Assembly (NCBI GenBank): GCA_043228905.1
Contig: JBHGNT010000106.1
Span: 1-64,000 of the forward strand
From: Azolla caroliniana
Lineage: Eukaryota > Plantae > Polypodiophyta
Direction: 5' to 3'
DNA: 64,000 bases
The position numbers and the translations under genes were made by a program. Below are positions 1 to 14,300 of this stretch, piece after piece. Within the stretch, counting starts at the first letter, position 1; every line of letters starts with the position of its first letter. Below the pieces are notes generated by a model. It searched no databases. It worked only from the letters and a program-made list of their open reading frames with translations, and was not told the DNA's origin.

Positions 1-178
1 AATTTCGTCATGTCTCTCGACCTGAGTTTCAAAATCTTGATTTTTTAATTCCATATCATAGCTAGCGTTGTTAGCTTCGAATCGCATGTTTGAACACAAA
101 AATCCGATATCACACGAGGCAGGTATGAACATTTTAATTTACTCAAGGGTTCCTCTCAGCTCACTACTCAAATTTGCT
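1..178 (+). repeat. Representative 178-bp monomer (arbitrary phase)
   Basis: The next copy begins at 179. By hand count 66/178 bases are G+C, with 7 CpGs. Contains NheI (GCTAGC), EcoRV (GATATC) and two TaqI (TCGA) sites. Confidence 0.98.
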
Positions 179-2914
179 AATTTCGTCATGTCTCTCGACC
201 TGAGTTTCAAAATCTTGATTTTTTAATTCCATATCATAGCTAGCGTTGTTAGGTTCGATTCGCTTGGTTGAACGCAAAAATCCGATATCACACGAGCCAG
301 GTATGAACATTTTCATTTACTCAAGGGCTCCTCTCAACTCCCTCCTCATGTTTGCTAATTTCGTCATGTCTGTCGACCTGAGTTTCAAAATCTTGATTTT
401 TTAATTCCATATTGTAGCTAGCGTTGTTAGCTTCGAATCGCATGTTTGAACACAAAAATCCGATATCACACGAGCCAGGTATGAACATTTTCATTTACTC
501 AAGGGCTCTTCTCAACTCACTCCTCAAATTTGCTAATTTCCTCATGTCTCTCGACCTGAGTTTCAAAATCTTGATTTTTTAATTCCATATCATAGCTACC
601 GTTGTTAGCTTCGAATTGCATGTTTGAACACAAAAATCCGATATCACACGAGCCAGATATGAACATTTTCATTTACTCACAGGCTCCTCTCAACTCACTA
701 CTCACATTTGTTAAATTCGTCATGTCTCTTGACCTGAGTTTCAAAATCTTGATTTTTTAATTCCATATTATAGCTAGCGTTGTTAGCTTCGAATCGCATG
801 TTTGAACACAAAAATCCGATATCACACGAGCCAGGTATGAACATTTTCATTTACTCACAGGCTCCTCTCAACTCACTACTCACATTTGTTAATTTCGTCA
901 TGTCTCTCGACCTGAGTTTCAAAATCTTGATTTTTTTATTCCATATCATAGCTACCGTTGTTAGCTTCGAATTGCATGTTTGAACACAAAAATCCGATAT
1001 CACACGAGCCAGATATGAACATTTTCATTTACTCACAGGCTCCTCTCAACTCACTACTCACATTTGTTAATTTCGTCATGTCTCTCGACCTGAGTTTCAA
1101 AATCTTGATTTTTTAATTCCATATTATAGCTAGAGTTGTTAGCTTCGAATCGCATGTTTGAACACAAAAATCCGATATCACACGAGGCAGGTATGAACAT
1201 TTTAATTTACTCAAGGGCTCCTCTCAACTCCCTCCTCATGTTTCCTAATTTCGTCATGTCTCTCGACCTGAGTTTCAAAATATTTATTTTTTAATTCTAT
1301 ATCATAGCTACCGTTGTTAGCTTCGATTCGCATGTTTGAACACAAAAATCCGATATCACACGATCCAGGTATGAACATTTTAATTTACTCAAGGGCTCCT
1401 CTCAACTCCCTCCTCATGTTTGCTAATTTCGTCATGTCTCTCGACCTGAGTTTCAAAATCTTGATTTTTTAATTCCATATCATAGCTAGCGTTGTTAGCT
1501 TCGATTCACATGTTTGAACACAAAAATCCGATATTACACGAGCCAGGTATGAACATTTTAATTTACGCAAGGGCTCCTCTCAACTCCCTCCTCATGTTTG
1601 CTAATTTCGTCATGTCTCTCGACCTGAGTTTCAAAATCTTGATTTTTTAATTCGATATCATAGCTAGCGTTGTTAGCTTCGAATCGCATGTTTGAACACA
1701 AAAATCCGATATCACACTAGCAGGTATGAACATTTTAATTTACTCAAGGGCTCCTCTCAACTCCCTCCTCATGTTTCCTAATTTCGTCATGTCTCTCGAC
1801 CTGAGTTTCAAAATCTTGATTTTTTAATTCCATATCATAGCTAGCGTTGTTAGCTTCGAATCGCATGTTTGAACACAAAAATCCGATATCACACGAGGCA
1901 GGTATGAACATTTTAATTTACTCAAGGGTTCCTCTCAGCTCACTACTCAAATTTGCTAATTTCGTCATGTCTCTCGACCTGAGTTTCAAAATCTTGATTT
2001 TTTAATTCCATATCATAGCTAGCGTTGTTAGGTTCGATTCGCTTGGTTGAACGCAAAAATCCGATATCACACGAGCCAGGTATGAACATTTTCATTTACT
2101 CAAGGGCTCCTCTCAACTCCCTCCTCATGTTTGCTAATTTCGTCATGTCTGTCGACCTGAGTTTCAAAATCTTGATTTTATAATTCCATATTATAGCTAG
2201 CGTTGTTAGCTTCGAATCGCATGTTTGAACACAAAAATCCGATATCACACGAGGCAGGTATGAACATTTTAATTTACTCAAGGGCTCTTCTCAACTCACT
2301 CCTCAAATTTGCTAATTTCCTCATGTCTCTCGACCTGAGTTTCAAAATCTTGATTTTATAATTCCATATCATAGCTACCGTTGTTAGCTTCGAATTGCAT
2401 GTTTGAACACAAAAATCCGATATCACACGAGCCAGATATGAATATTTTCATTTACTCACAGGCTCCTCTCAACTCACTACTCACATTTGTTAATTTCGTC
2501 ATGTCTCTCGACCTGAGTTTCAAAATCTTGATTTTTTAATTCCATATTATAGCTAGAGTTGTTAGCTTCGAATCGCATGTTTGAACACAAAAATCCGATA
2601 TCACACGAGGCAGGTATGAACATTTTAATTTACTCAAGGGCTCCTCTCAACTCACTCCTCATGTTTCCTAATTTCGTCATGTCTCTCGACCTGAGTTTCA
2701 AAATCTTGATTTTTTAATTCCATATCATAGCTAGCGTTGTTACCTTCGAATCGCATGTTTGAACACAAAAATCCGATATCACACTAGCAGGTATGAACAT
2801 TTTAATTTACTCAAGGGCTCCTCTCAACTCCCTCCTCATGTTTCCTAATTTCGTCATGTCTCTCGACCTGAGTTTCAAAATCTTGATTTTTTAATTCCAT
2901 ATCATAGCTAGCGT

Positions 2915-5900
2915 TGTTAGCTTCGAATCGCATGTTTGAACACAAAAATCCGATATCACACGAGGCAGGTATGAACATTTTCATTTACTCAAGGGCTCCT
3001 CTCAACTCCCTCCTCATGTTTGCTAATTTCGTCATGTCTGTCGACCTGAGTTTCAAAATCTTGATTTTTTAATTCCATATTGTAGCTAGCGTTGTTAGCT
3101 TCGAATTGCATGTTTGAACACAAAAATCCGATATCACACGAGCCAGATATGAACATTTTCATTTACTCACAGGCTCCTCTCAACTCACTACTCACATTTG
3201 TTAATTTCGTCATGTCTCTCGACCTGAGTTTCAAAATCTTGATTTTTTAATTCCATATTATAGCTAGAGTTGTTAGCTTCGAATCGCATGTTTGAACACA
3301 AAAATCCGATATCACACGAGCCAGATATAAACATTTTCATTTACTCACAGGCTCCTCTCAACTCACTACTCACATTTGTTAATTTCGTCATGTCTCTCGA
3401 CCTGAGTTTCAAAATCTTGATTTTTTAATTCCATATTATAGCTAGAGTTGTTAGCTTCGAATCGCATGTTTGAACACAAAAATCCGATATCACACGAGGC
3501 AGGTATGAACATTTTAATTTACTCAAGGGCTCCTCTCAACTCCCTCCTCATGTTTCCTAATTTCGTCATGTCTCTCGACCTGAGTTTCAAAATCTTGATT
3601 TTTTAATTCCATATCATAGCTAGCGTTGTTAGCTTCGAATCGCATGTTTGAACACAAAAATCCGATATCACACGAGGCAGGTATGAACATTTTAATTTAC
3701 TCAAGGGTTCCTCTCAGCTCACTACTCAAATTTGCTAATTTCGTCATGTCTCTCGACCTGAGTTTCAAAATCTTGATTTTTTAATTCCATATCATAGCTA
3801 GCGTTGTTAGGTTCGATTCGCTTGGTTGAACGCAAAAATCCGATATCACACGAGCCAGGTATGAACATTTTCATTTACTCAAGGGCTCCTCTCAACTCCC
3901 TCCTCATGTTTGCTAATTTCGTCATGTCTGTCGACCTGAGTTTCAAAATCTTGATTTTATAATTCCATATTATAGCTACCGTTGTTAGCTTCGAATCGCA
4001 TGTTTGAACACAAAAATCCGATATCACACGAGGCAGGTATGAACATTTTAATTTACTCAAGGGCTCTTCTCAACTCACTCCTCAAATTTGCTAATTTCCT
4101 CATGTCTCTCGACCTGAGTTTCAAAATCTTGATTTTTTAATTCCATATCATAGCTACCGTTGTTAGCTTCGAATTGCATGTTTGAACACAAAAATCCGAT
4201 ATCACACGAGCCAGATATGAACATTTTCATTTACTCACAGGCTCCTCTCAACTCACTACTCACATTTGTTAATTTCGTCATGTCTCTCGACCTGAGTTTC
4301 AAAATCTTGATTTTTTAATTCCATATTATAGCTAGAGTTGTTAGCTTCGAATCGCATGTTTGAACACAAAAATCCGATATCACACGAGCCAGATATAAAC
4401 ATTTTCATTTACTCACAGGCTCCTCTCAACTCACTACTCACATTTGTTAATTTCGTCATGTCTCTCGACCTGAGTTTCAAAATCTTGATTTTTTAATTCC
4501 ATATTATAGCTAGAGTTGTTAGCTTCGAATCGCATGTTTGAACACAAAAATCCGATATCACACGAGGCAGGTATGAACATTTTAATTTACTCAAGGGCTC
4601 TTCTCAACTCACTCCTCAAATTTGCTAATTTCCTCATGTCTCTCGACCTGAGTTTCAAAATCTTGATTTTTTAATTCCATATCATAGCTACCGTTGTTAG
4701 CTTCGAATTGCATGTTTGAACACAAAAATCCGATATCACACGAGCCAGATATGAACATTTTCATTTACTCACAGGCTCCTCTCAACTCACTACTCACATT
4801 TGTTAATTTCGTCATGTCTCTCGACCTGAGTTTCAAAATCTTGATTTTTTAATTCCATATTATAGCTAGAGTTGTTAGCTTCGAATCGCATGTTTGAACA
4901 CAAAAATCCGATATCACACGAGGCAGGTATGAACATTTTAATTTACTCAAGGGCTCCTCTCAACTCCCTCCTCATGTTTCCTAATTTCGTCATGTCTCTC
5001 GACCTGAGTTTCAAAATCTTGATTTTTTAATTCCATATCATAGCTAGCGTTGTTACCTTCGATTCGCATGTTTGAACACAAAAATCCGATATCACACGAG
5101 CCACGTATGAACATTTTAATTTACTCAAGGGCTCCTCTGAACTCCCTCCTCATGTTTCCTAATTTCGTCATGTCTCTCGACCTGAGTTTCAAAATCTTGA
5201 TTTTTTAATTCCATATCATAGCTACCGTTGTTAGCTTCGAATTGCATGTTTAAACACAAAAATCCGATATCACACGAGCCAGATATGAACATTTTCATTT
5301 ACTCACAGGCTCCTCTCAACTCACTACTCACATTTGTTAATTTCGTCATGTCTCTCGACCTGAGTTTCAAAATCTTGATTTTTTAATTCCATATTATAGC
5401 TAGAGTTGTTAGCTTCGAATCGCATGTTTGAACACAAAAATCCGATATCACACGAGGCAGGTATGAACATTTTAATTTACTCAAGGGCTCTTCTCAACTC
5501 ACTCCTCAAATTTGCTAATTTCCTCATGTCTCTCGACCTGAGTTTCAAAATCTTGATTTTTTAATTCCATATCATAGCTACCGTTGTTAGCTTCGAATTG
5601 CATGTTTGAACACAAAAATCCGATATCACACGAGCCAGATATGAACATTTTCATTTACTCACAGGCTCCTCTCAACTCACTACTCACATTTGTTAATTTC
5701 GTCATGTCTCTCGACCTGAGTTTCAAAATCTTGATTTTTTAATTCCATATTATAGCTAGAGTTGTTAGCTTCGAATCGCATGTTTGAACACAAAAATCCG
5801 ATATCACACGAGGCAGGTATGAACATTTTCATTTACTCAAGGGCTCCTCTCAACTCCCTCCTCATGTTTGCTAATTTCGTCATGTCTGTCGACCTGAGTT

Positions 5901-8338
5901 TCAAAATCTTGATTTTTTAATTCCATATTGTAGCTAGCGTTGTTAGCTTCGAATTGCATGTTTGAACACAAAAATCCGATATCACACGAGCCAGATATGA
6001 ACATTTTCATTTACTCACAGGCTCCTCTCAACTCACTACTCACATTTGTTAATTTCGTCATGTCTCTCGACCTGAGTTTCAAAATCTTGATTTTTTAATT
6101 CCATATTATAGCTAGAGTTGTTAGCTTCGAATCGCATGTTTGAACACAAAAATCCGATATCACACGAGCCAGATATAAACATTTTCATTTACTCACAGGC
6201 TCCTCTCAACTCACTACTCACATTTGTTAATTTCGTCATGTCTCTCGACCTGAGTTTCAAAATCTTGATTTTTTAATTCCATATTATAGCTAGAGTTGTT
6301 AGCTTCGAATCGCATGTTTGAACACAAAAATCCGATATCACACGAGGCAGGTATGAACATTTTAATTTACTCAAGGGCTCCTCTCAACTCCCTCCTCATG
6401 TTTCCTAATTTCGTCATGTCTCTCGACCTGAGTTTCAAAATCTTGATTTTTTAATTCCATATCATAGCTAGCGTTGTTAGCTTCGAATCGCATGTTTGAA
6501 CACAAAAATCCGATATCACACGAGGCAGGTATGAACATTTTAATTTACTCAAGGGTTCCTCTCAGCTCACTACTCAAATTTGCTAATTTCGTCATGTCTC
6601 TCGACCTGAGTTTCAAAATCTTGATTTTTTAATTCCATATCATAGCTAGCGTTGTTAGGTTCGATTCGCTTGGTTGAACGCAAAAATCCGATATCACACG
6701 AGCCAGGTATGAACATTTTCATTTACTCAAGGGCTCCTCTCAACTCCCTCCTCATGTTTGCTAATTTCGTCATGTCTGTCGACCTGAGTTTCAAAATCTT
6801 GATTTTATAATTCCATATTATAGCTAGCGTTGTTAGCTTCGAATCGCATGTTTGAACACAAAAATCCGATATCACACGAGGCAGGTATGAACATTTTAAT
6901 TTACTCAAGGGCTCTTCTCAACTCACTCCTCAAATTTGCTAATTTCCTCATGTCTCTCGACCTGAGTTTCAAAATCTTGATTTTTTAATTCCATATCATA
7001 GCTACCGTTGTTAGCTTCGAATTGCATGTTTGAACACAAAAATCCGATATCACACGAGCCAGATATGAACATTTTCATTTACTCACAGGCTCCTCTCAAC
7101 TCACTACTCACATTTGTTAATTTCGTCATGTCTCTCGACCTGAGTTTCAAAATCTTGATTTTTTAATTCCATATTATAGCTAGAGTTGTTAGCTTCGAAT
7201 CGCATGTTTGAACACAAAAATCCGATATCACACGAGCCAGATATAAACATTTTCATTTACTCACAGGCTCCTCTCAACTCACTACTCACATTTGTTAATT
7301 TCGTCATGTCTCTCGACCTGAGTTTCAAAATCTTGATTTTTTAATTCCATATTATAGCTAGAGTTGTTAGCTTCGAATCGCATGTTTGAACACAAAAATC
7401 CGATATCACACGAGGCAGGTATGAACATTTTAATTTACTCAAGGGCTCTTCTCAACTCACTCCTCAAATTTGCTAATTTCCTCATGTCTCTCGACCTGAG
7501 TTTCAAAATCTTGATTTTTTAATTCCATATCATAGCTACCGTTGTTAGCTTCGAATTGCATGTTTGAACACAAAAATCCGATATCACACGAGCCAGATAT
7601 GAACATTTTCATTTACTCACAGGCTCCTCTCAACTCACTACTCACATTTGTTAATTTCGTCATGTCTCTCGACCTGAGTTTCAAAATCTTGATTTTTTAA
7701 TTCCATATTATAGCTAGAGTTGTTAGCTTCGAATCGCATGTTTGAACACAAAAATCCGATATCACACGAGGCAGGTATGAACATTTTAATTTACTCAAGG
7801 GCTCCTCTCAACTCCCTCCTCATGTTTCCTAATTTCGTCATGTCTCTCGACCTGAGTTTCAAAATCTTGATTTTTTAATTCCATATCATAGCTAGCGTTG
7901 TTACCTTCGATTCGCATGTTTGAACACAAAAATCCGATATCACACGAGCCACGTATGAACATTTTAATTTACTCAAGGGCTCCTCTGAACTCCCTCCTCA
8001 TGTTTCCTAATTTCGTCATGTCTCTCGACCTGAGTTTCAAAATCTTGATTTTTTAATTCCATATCATAGCTACCGTTGTTAGCTTCGAATTGCATGTTTA
8101 AACACAAAAATCCGATATCACACGAGCCAGATATGAACATTTTCATTTACTCACAGGCTCCTCTCAACTCACTACTCACATTTGTTAATTTCGTCATGTC
8201 TCTCGACCTGAGTTTCAAAATCTTGATTTTTTAATTCCATATTATAGCTAGAGTTGTTAGCTTCGAATCGCATGTTTGAACACAAAAATCCGATATCACA
8301 CGAGGCAGGTATGAACATTTTAATTTACTCAAGGGCTC
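2915..8338 (+). repeat. Tandem duplication of a 16-monomer block (period 2848 bp, second copy partial)
   Basis: TGTAG marker at 3081 and 5929, and ORF copies at 3875 and 6723, are both offset by 2848 = 16x178. Confidence 0.85.
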
Positions 8339-11300
8339 CTCTCAACTCCCTCCTCATGTTTCCTAATTTCGTCATGTCTCTCGACCTGAGTTTCAAAATA
8401 TTTATTTTTTAATTCTATATCATAGCTACCGTTGTTAGCTTCGATTCGCATGTTTGAACACAAAAATCCGATATCACACGATCCAGGTATGAACATTTTA
8501 ATTTACTCAAGGGCTCCTCTCAACTCCCTCCTCATGTTTGCTAATTTCGTCATGTCTCTCGACCTGAGTTTCAAAATCTTGATTTTTTAATTCCATATCA
8601 TAGCTAGCGTTGTTAGCTTCGATTCACATGTTTGAACACAAAAATCCGATATTACACGAGCCAGGTATGAACATTTTAATTTACGCAAGGGCTCCTCTCA
8701 ACTCCCTCCTCATGTTTGCTAATTTCGTCATGTCTCTCGACCTGAGTTTCAAAATCTTGATTTTTTAATTCGATATCATAGCTAGCGTTGTTAGCTTCGA
8801 ATCGCATGTTTGAACACAAAAATCCGATATCACACTAGCAGGTATGAACATTTTAATTTACTCAAGGGCTCCTCTCAACTCCCTCCTCATGTTTCCTAAT
8901 TTCGTCATGTCTCTCGACCTGAGTTTCAAAATCTTGATTTTTTAATTCCATATCATAGCTAGCGTTGTTAGCTTCGAATCGCATGTTTGAACACAAAAAT
9001 CCGATATCACACGAGGCAGGTATGAACATTTTAATTTACTCAAGGGTTCCTCTCAGCTCACTACTCAAATTTGCTAATTTCGTCATGTCTCTCGACCTGA
9101 GTTTCAAAATCTTGATTTTTTAATTCCATATCATAGCTAGCGTTGTTAGGTTCGATTCGCTTGGTTGAACGCAAAAATCCGATATCACACGAGCCAGGTA
9201 TGAACATTTTCATTTACTCAAGGGCTCCTCTCAACTCCCTCCTCATGTTTGCTAATTTCGTCATGTCTGTCGACCTGAGTTTCAAAATCTTGATTTTATA
9301 ATTCCATATTATAGCTAGCGTTGTTAGCTTCGAATCGCATGTTTGAACACAAAAATCCGATATCACACGAGGCAGGTATGAACATTTTAATTTACTCAAG
9401 GGCTCTTCTCAACTCACTCCTCAAATTTGCTAATTTCCTCATGTCTCTCGACCTGAGTTTCAAAATCTTGATTTTTTAATTCCATATCATAGCTACCGTT
9501 GTTAGCTTCGAATTGCATGTTTGAACACAAAAATCCGATATCACACGAGCCAGATATGAACATTTTCATTTACTCACAGGCTCCTCTCAACTCACTACTC
9601 ACATTTGTTAATTTCGTCATGTCTCTCGACCTGAGTTTCAAAATCTTGATTTTTTAATTCCATATTATAGCTAGAGTTGTTAGCTTCGAATCGCATGTTT
9701 GAACACAAAAATCCGATATCACACGAGGCAGGTATGAACATTTTAATTTACTCAAGGGCTCCTCTCAACTCACTACTCATGTTTGCTAATTTCGTCATGT
9801 CTCTCGACCTGAGTTTCAAAATCTTGATTTTTTAATTCCATATCATAGCTAGCGTTGTTAGCTTCGATTCACATGTTTGAACACAAAAATCCGATATTAC
9901 ACGAGCCAGGTATGAACATTTTAATTTACGCAAGGGCTCCTCTCAACTCCCTCCTCATGTTTGCTAATTTCGTCATGTCTCTCGACCTGAGTTTCAAAAT
10001 ATTTATTTTTTAATTCTATATCATAGCTACCGTTGTTAGCTTCGATTCGCATGTTTGAACACAAAAATCCGATATCACACGATCCAGGTATGAACATTTT
10101 AATTTACTCAAGGGCTCCTCTCAACTCCCTCCTCATGTTTGCTAATTTCGTCATGTCTCTCGACCTGAGTTTCAAAATCTTGATTTTTTAATTCCATATC
10201 ATAGCTAGCGTTGTTAGCTTCGATTCACATGTTTGAACACAAAAATCCGATATTACACGAGCCAGGTATGAACATTTTAATTTACGCAAGGGCTCCTCTC
10301 AACTCCCTCCTCATGTTTGCTAATTTCGTCATGTCTCTCGACCTGAGTTTCAAAATCTTGATTTTTTAATTCGATATCATAGCTAGCGTTGTTAGCTTCG
10401 AATCGCATGTTTGAACACAAAAATCCGATATCACACTAGCAGGTATGAACATTTTAATTTACTCAAGGGCTCCTCTCAACTCCCTCCTCATGTTTCCTAA
10501 TTTCGTCATGTCTCTCGACCTGAGTTTCAAAATCTTGATTTTTTAATTCCATATCATAGCTAGCGTTGTTAGCTTCGAATCGCATGTTTGAACACAAAAA
10601 TCCGATATCACACGAGGCAGGTATGAACATTTTAATTTACTCAAGGGTTCCTCTCAGCTCACTACTCAAATTTGCTAATTTCGTCATGTCTCTCGACCTG
10701 AGTTTCAAAATCTTGATTTTTTAATTCCATATCATAGCTAGCGTTGTTAGGTTCGATTCGCTTGGTTGAACGCAAAAATCCGATATCACACGAGCCAGGT
10801 ATGAACATTTTCATTTACTCAAGGGCTCCTCTCAACTCCCTCCTCATGTTTGCTAATTTCGTCATGTCTGTCGACCTGAGTTTCAAAATCTTGATTTTTT
10901 AATTCCATATTGTAGCTAGCGTTGTTAGCTTCGAATCGCATGTTTGAACACAAAAATCCGATATCACACGAGCCAGGTATGAACATTTTCATTTACTCAA
11001 GGGCTCTTCTCAACTCACTCCTCAAATTTGCTAATTTCCTCATGTCTCTCGACCTGAGTTTCAAAATCTTGATTTTTTAATTCCATATCATAGCTACCGT
11101 TGTTAGCTTCGAATTGCATGTTTGAACACAAAAATCCGATATCACACGAGCCAGATATGAACATTTTCATTTACTCACAGGCTCCTCTCAACTCACTACT
11201 CACATTTGTTAAATTCGTCATGTCTCTTGACCTGAGTTTCAAAATCTTGATTTTTTAATTCCATATTATAGCTAGCGTTGTTAGCTTCGAATCGCATGTT

Positions 11301-14300
11301 TGAACACAAAAATCCGATATCACACGAGCCAGGTATGAACATTTTCATTTACTCACAGGCTCCTCTCAACTCACTACTCACATTTGTTAATTTCGTCATG
11401 TCTCTCGACCTGAGTTTCAAAATCTTGATTTTTTTATTCCATATCATAGCTACCGTTGTTAGCTTCGAATTGCATGTTTGAACACAAAAATCCGATATCA
11501 CACGAGCCAGATATGAACATTTTCATTTACTCACAGGCTCCTCTCAACTCACTACTCACATTTGTTAATTTCGTCATGTCTCTCGACCTGAGTTTCAAAA
11601 TCTTGATTTTTTAATTCCATATCATAGCTACCGTTGTTAGCTTCGAATTGCATGTTTGAACACAAAAATCCGATATCACACGAGCCAGATATGAACATTT
11701 TCATTTACTCACAGGCTCCTCTCAACTCACTACTCACATTTGTTAATTTCGTCATGTCTCTCGACCTGAGTTTCAAAATCTTGATTTTTTAATTCCATAT
11801 TATAGCTAGAGTTGTTAGCTTCGAATCGCATGTTTGAACACAAAAATCCGATATCACACGAGGCAGGTATGAACATTTTAATTTACTCAAGGGCTCCTCT
11901 CAACTCCCTCCTCATGTTTCCTAATTTCGTCATGTCTCTCGACCTGAGTTTCAAAATCTTGATTTTTTAATTCCATATCATAGCTAGCGTTGTTACCTTC
12001 GATTCGCATGTTTGAACACAAAAATCCGATATCACACGAGCCACGTATGAACATTTTAATTTACTCAAGGGCTCCTCTGAACTCCCTCCTCATGTTTCCT
12101 AATTTCGTCATGTCTCTCGACCTGAGTTTCAAAATCTTGATTTTTTAATTCCATATCATAGCTACCGTTGTTAGCTTCGAATTGCATGTTTGAACACAAA
12201 AATCCGATATTACACGAGCCAGGTATGAACATTTTAATTTACGCAAGGGCTCCTCTCAACTCCCTCCTCATGTTTGCTAATTTCGTCATGTCTCTCGACC
12301 TGAGTTTCAAAATCTTGATTTTTTAATTCGATATCATAGCTAGCGTTGTTAGCTTCGAATCGCATGTTTGAACACAAAAATCCGATATCACACTAGCAGG
12401 TATGAACATTTTAATTTACTCAAGGGCTCCTCTCAACTCCCTCCTCATGTTTCCTAATTTCGTCATGTCTCTCGACCTGAGTTTCAAAATCTTGATTTTT
12501 TAATTCCATATCATAGCTAGCGTTGTTAGCTTCGAATCGCATGTTTGAACACAAAAATCCGATATCACACGAGGCAGGTATGAACATTTTAATTTACTCA
12601 AGGGTTCCTCTCAGCTCACTACTCAAATTTGCTAATTTCGTCATGTCTCTCGACCTGAGTTTCAAAATCTTGATTTTTTAATTCCATATCATAGCTAGCG
12701 TTGTTAGGTTCGATTCGCTTGGTTGAACGCAAAAATCCGATATCACACGAGCCAGGTATGAACATTTTCATTTACTCAAGGGCTCCTCTCAACTCCCTCC
12801 TCATGTTTGCTAATTTCGTCATGTCTGTCGACCTGAGTTTCAAAATCTTGATTTTTTAATTCCATATTGTAGCTAGCGTTGTTAGCTTCGAATCGCATGT
12901 TTGAACACAAAAATCCGATATCACACGAGCCAGGTATGAACATTTTCATTTACTCAAGGGCTCTTCTCAACTCACTCCTCAAATTTGCTAATTTCCTCAT
13001 GTCTCTCGACCTGAGTTTCAAAATCTTGATTTTTTAATTCCATATCATAGCTACCGTTGTTAGCTTCGAATTGCATGTTTGAACACAAAAATCCGATATC
13101 ACACGAGCCAGATATGAACATTTTCATTTACTCACAGGCTCCTCTCAACTCACTACTCACATTTGTTAAATTCGTCATGTCTCTTGACCTGAGTTTCAAA
13201 ATCTTGATTTTTTAATTCCATATTATAGCTAGCGTTGTTAGCTTCGAATCGCATGTTTGAACACAAAAATCCGATATCACACGAGCCAGGTATGAACATT
13301 TTCATTTACTCACAGGCTCCTCTCAACTCACTACTCACATTTGTTAATTTCGTCATGTCTCTCGACCTGAGTTTCAAAATCTTGATTTTTTTATTCCATA
13401 TCATAGCTACCGTTGTTAGCTTCGAATTGCATGTTTGAACACAAAAATCCGATATCACACGAGCCAGATATGAACATTTTCATTTACTCACAGGCTCCTC
13501 TCAACTCACTACTCACATTTGTTAATTTCGTCATGTCTCTCGACCTGAGTTTCAAAATCTTGATTTTTTAATTCCATATCATAGCTACCGTTGTTAGCTT
13601 CGAATTGCATGTTTGAACACAAAAATCCGATATCACACGAGCCAGATATGAACATTTTCATTTACTCACAGGCTCCTCTCAACTCACTACTCACATTTGT
13701 TAATTTCGTCATGTCTCTCGACCTGAGTTTCAAAATCTTGATTTTTTAATTCCATATTATAGCTAGAGTTGTTAGCTTCGAATCGCATGTTTGAACACAA
13801 AAATCCGATATCACACGAGGCAGGTATGAACATTTTAATTTACTCAAGGGCTCCTCTCAACTCCCTCCTCATGTTTCCTAATTTCGTCATGTCTCTCGAC
13901 CTGAGTTTCAAAATCTTGATTTTTTAATTCCATATCATAGCTAGCGTTGTTACCTTCGATTCGCATGTTTGAACACAAAAATCCGATATCACACGAGCCA
14001 CGTATGAACATTTTAATTTACTCAAGGGCTCCTCTGAACTCCCTCCTCATGTTTCCTAATTTCGTCATGTCTCTCGACCTGAGTTTCAAAATCTTGATTT
14101 TTTAATTCCATATCATAGCTACCGTTGTTAGCTTCGAATTGCATGTTTAAACACAAAAATCCGATATCACACGAGCCAGATATGAACATTTTCATTTACT
14201 CACAGGCTCCTCTCAACTCACTACTCACATTTGTTAATTTCGTCATGTCTCTCGACCTGAGTTTCAAAATCTTGATTTTTTAATTCCATATTATAGCTAG

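Noticed and set aside
1-178. Identity with Arabidopsis CEN178 or primate alpha satellite, or presence of a CENP-B box
   Set aside because: Only the length is similar. I see no recognisable similarity from memory, no consensus HindIII site (a single AAGCTT variant at about 14803), and the TTCG motifs are not followed by the A..CGGG of a CENP-B box. Not confirmed by a search.
1-178. Tandem 5S rRNA, tRNA or snRNA gene array
   Set aside because: I recognise no 5S or tRNA sequence, cloverleaf or Pol III A/B/C boxes, and the unit has no gene-plus-spacer partition.
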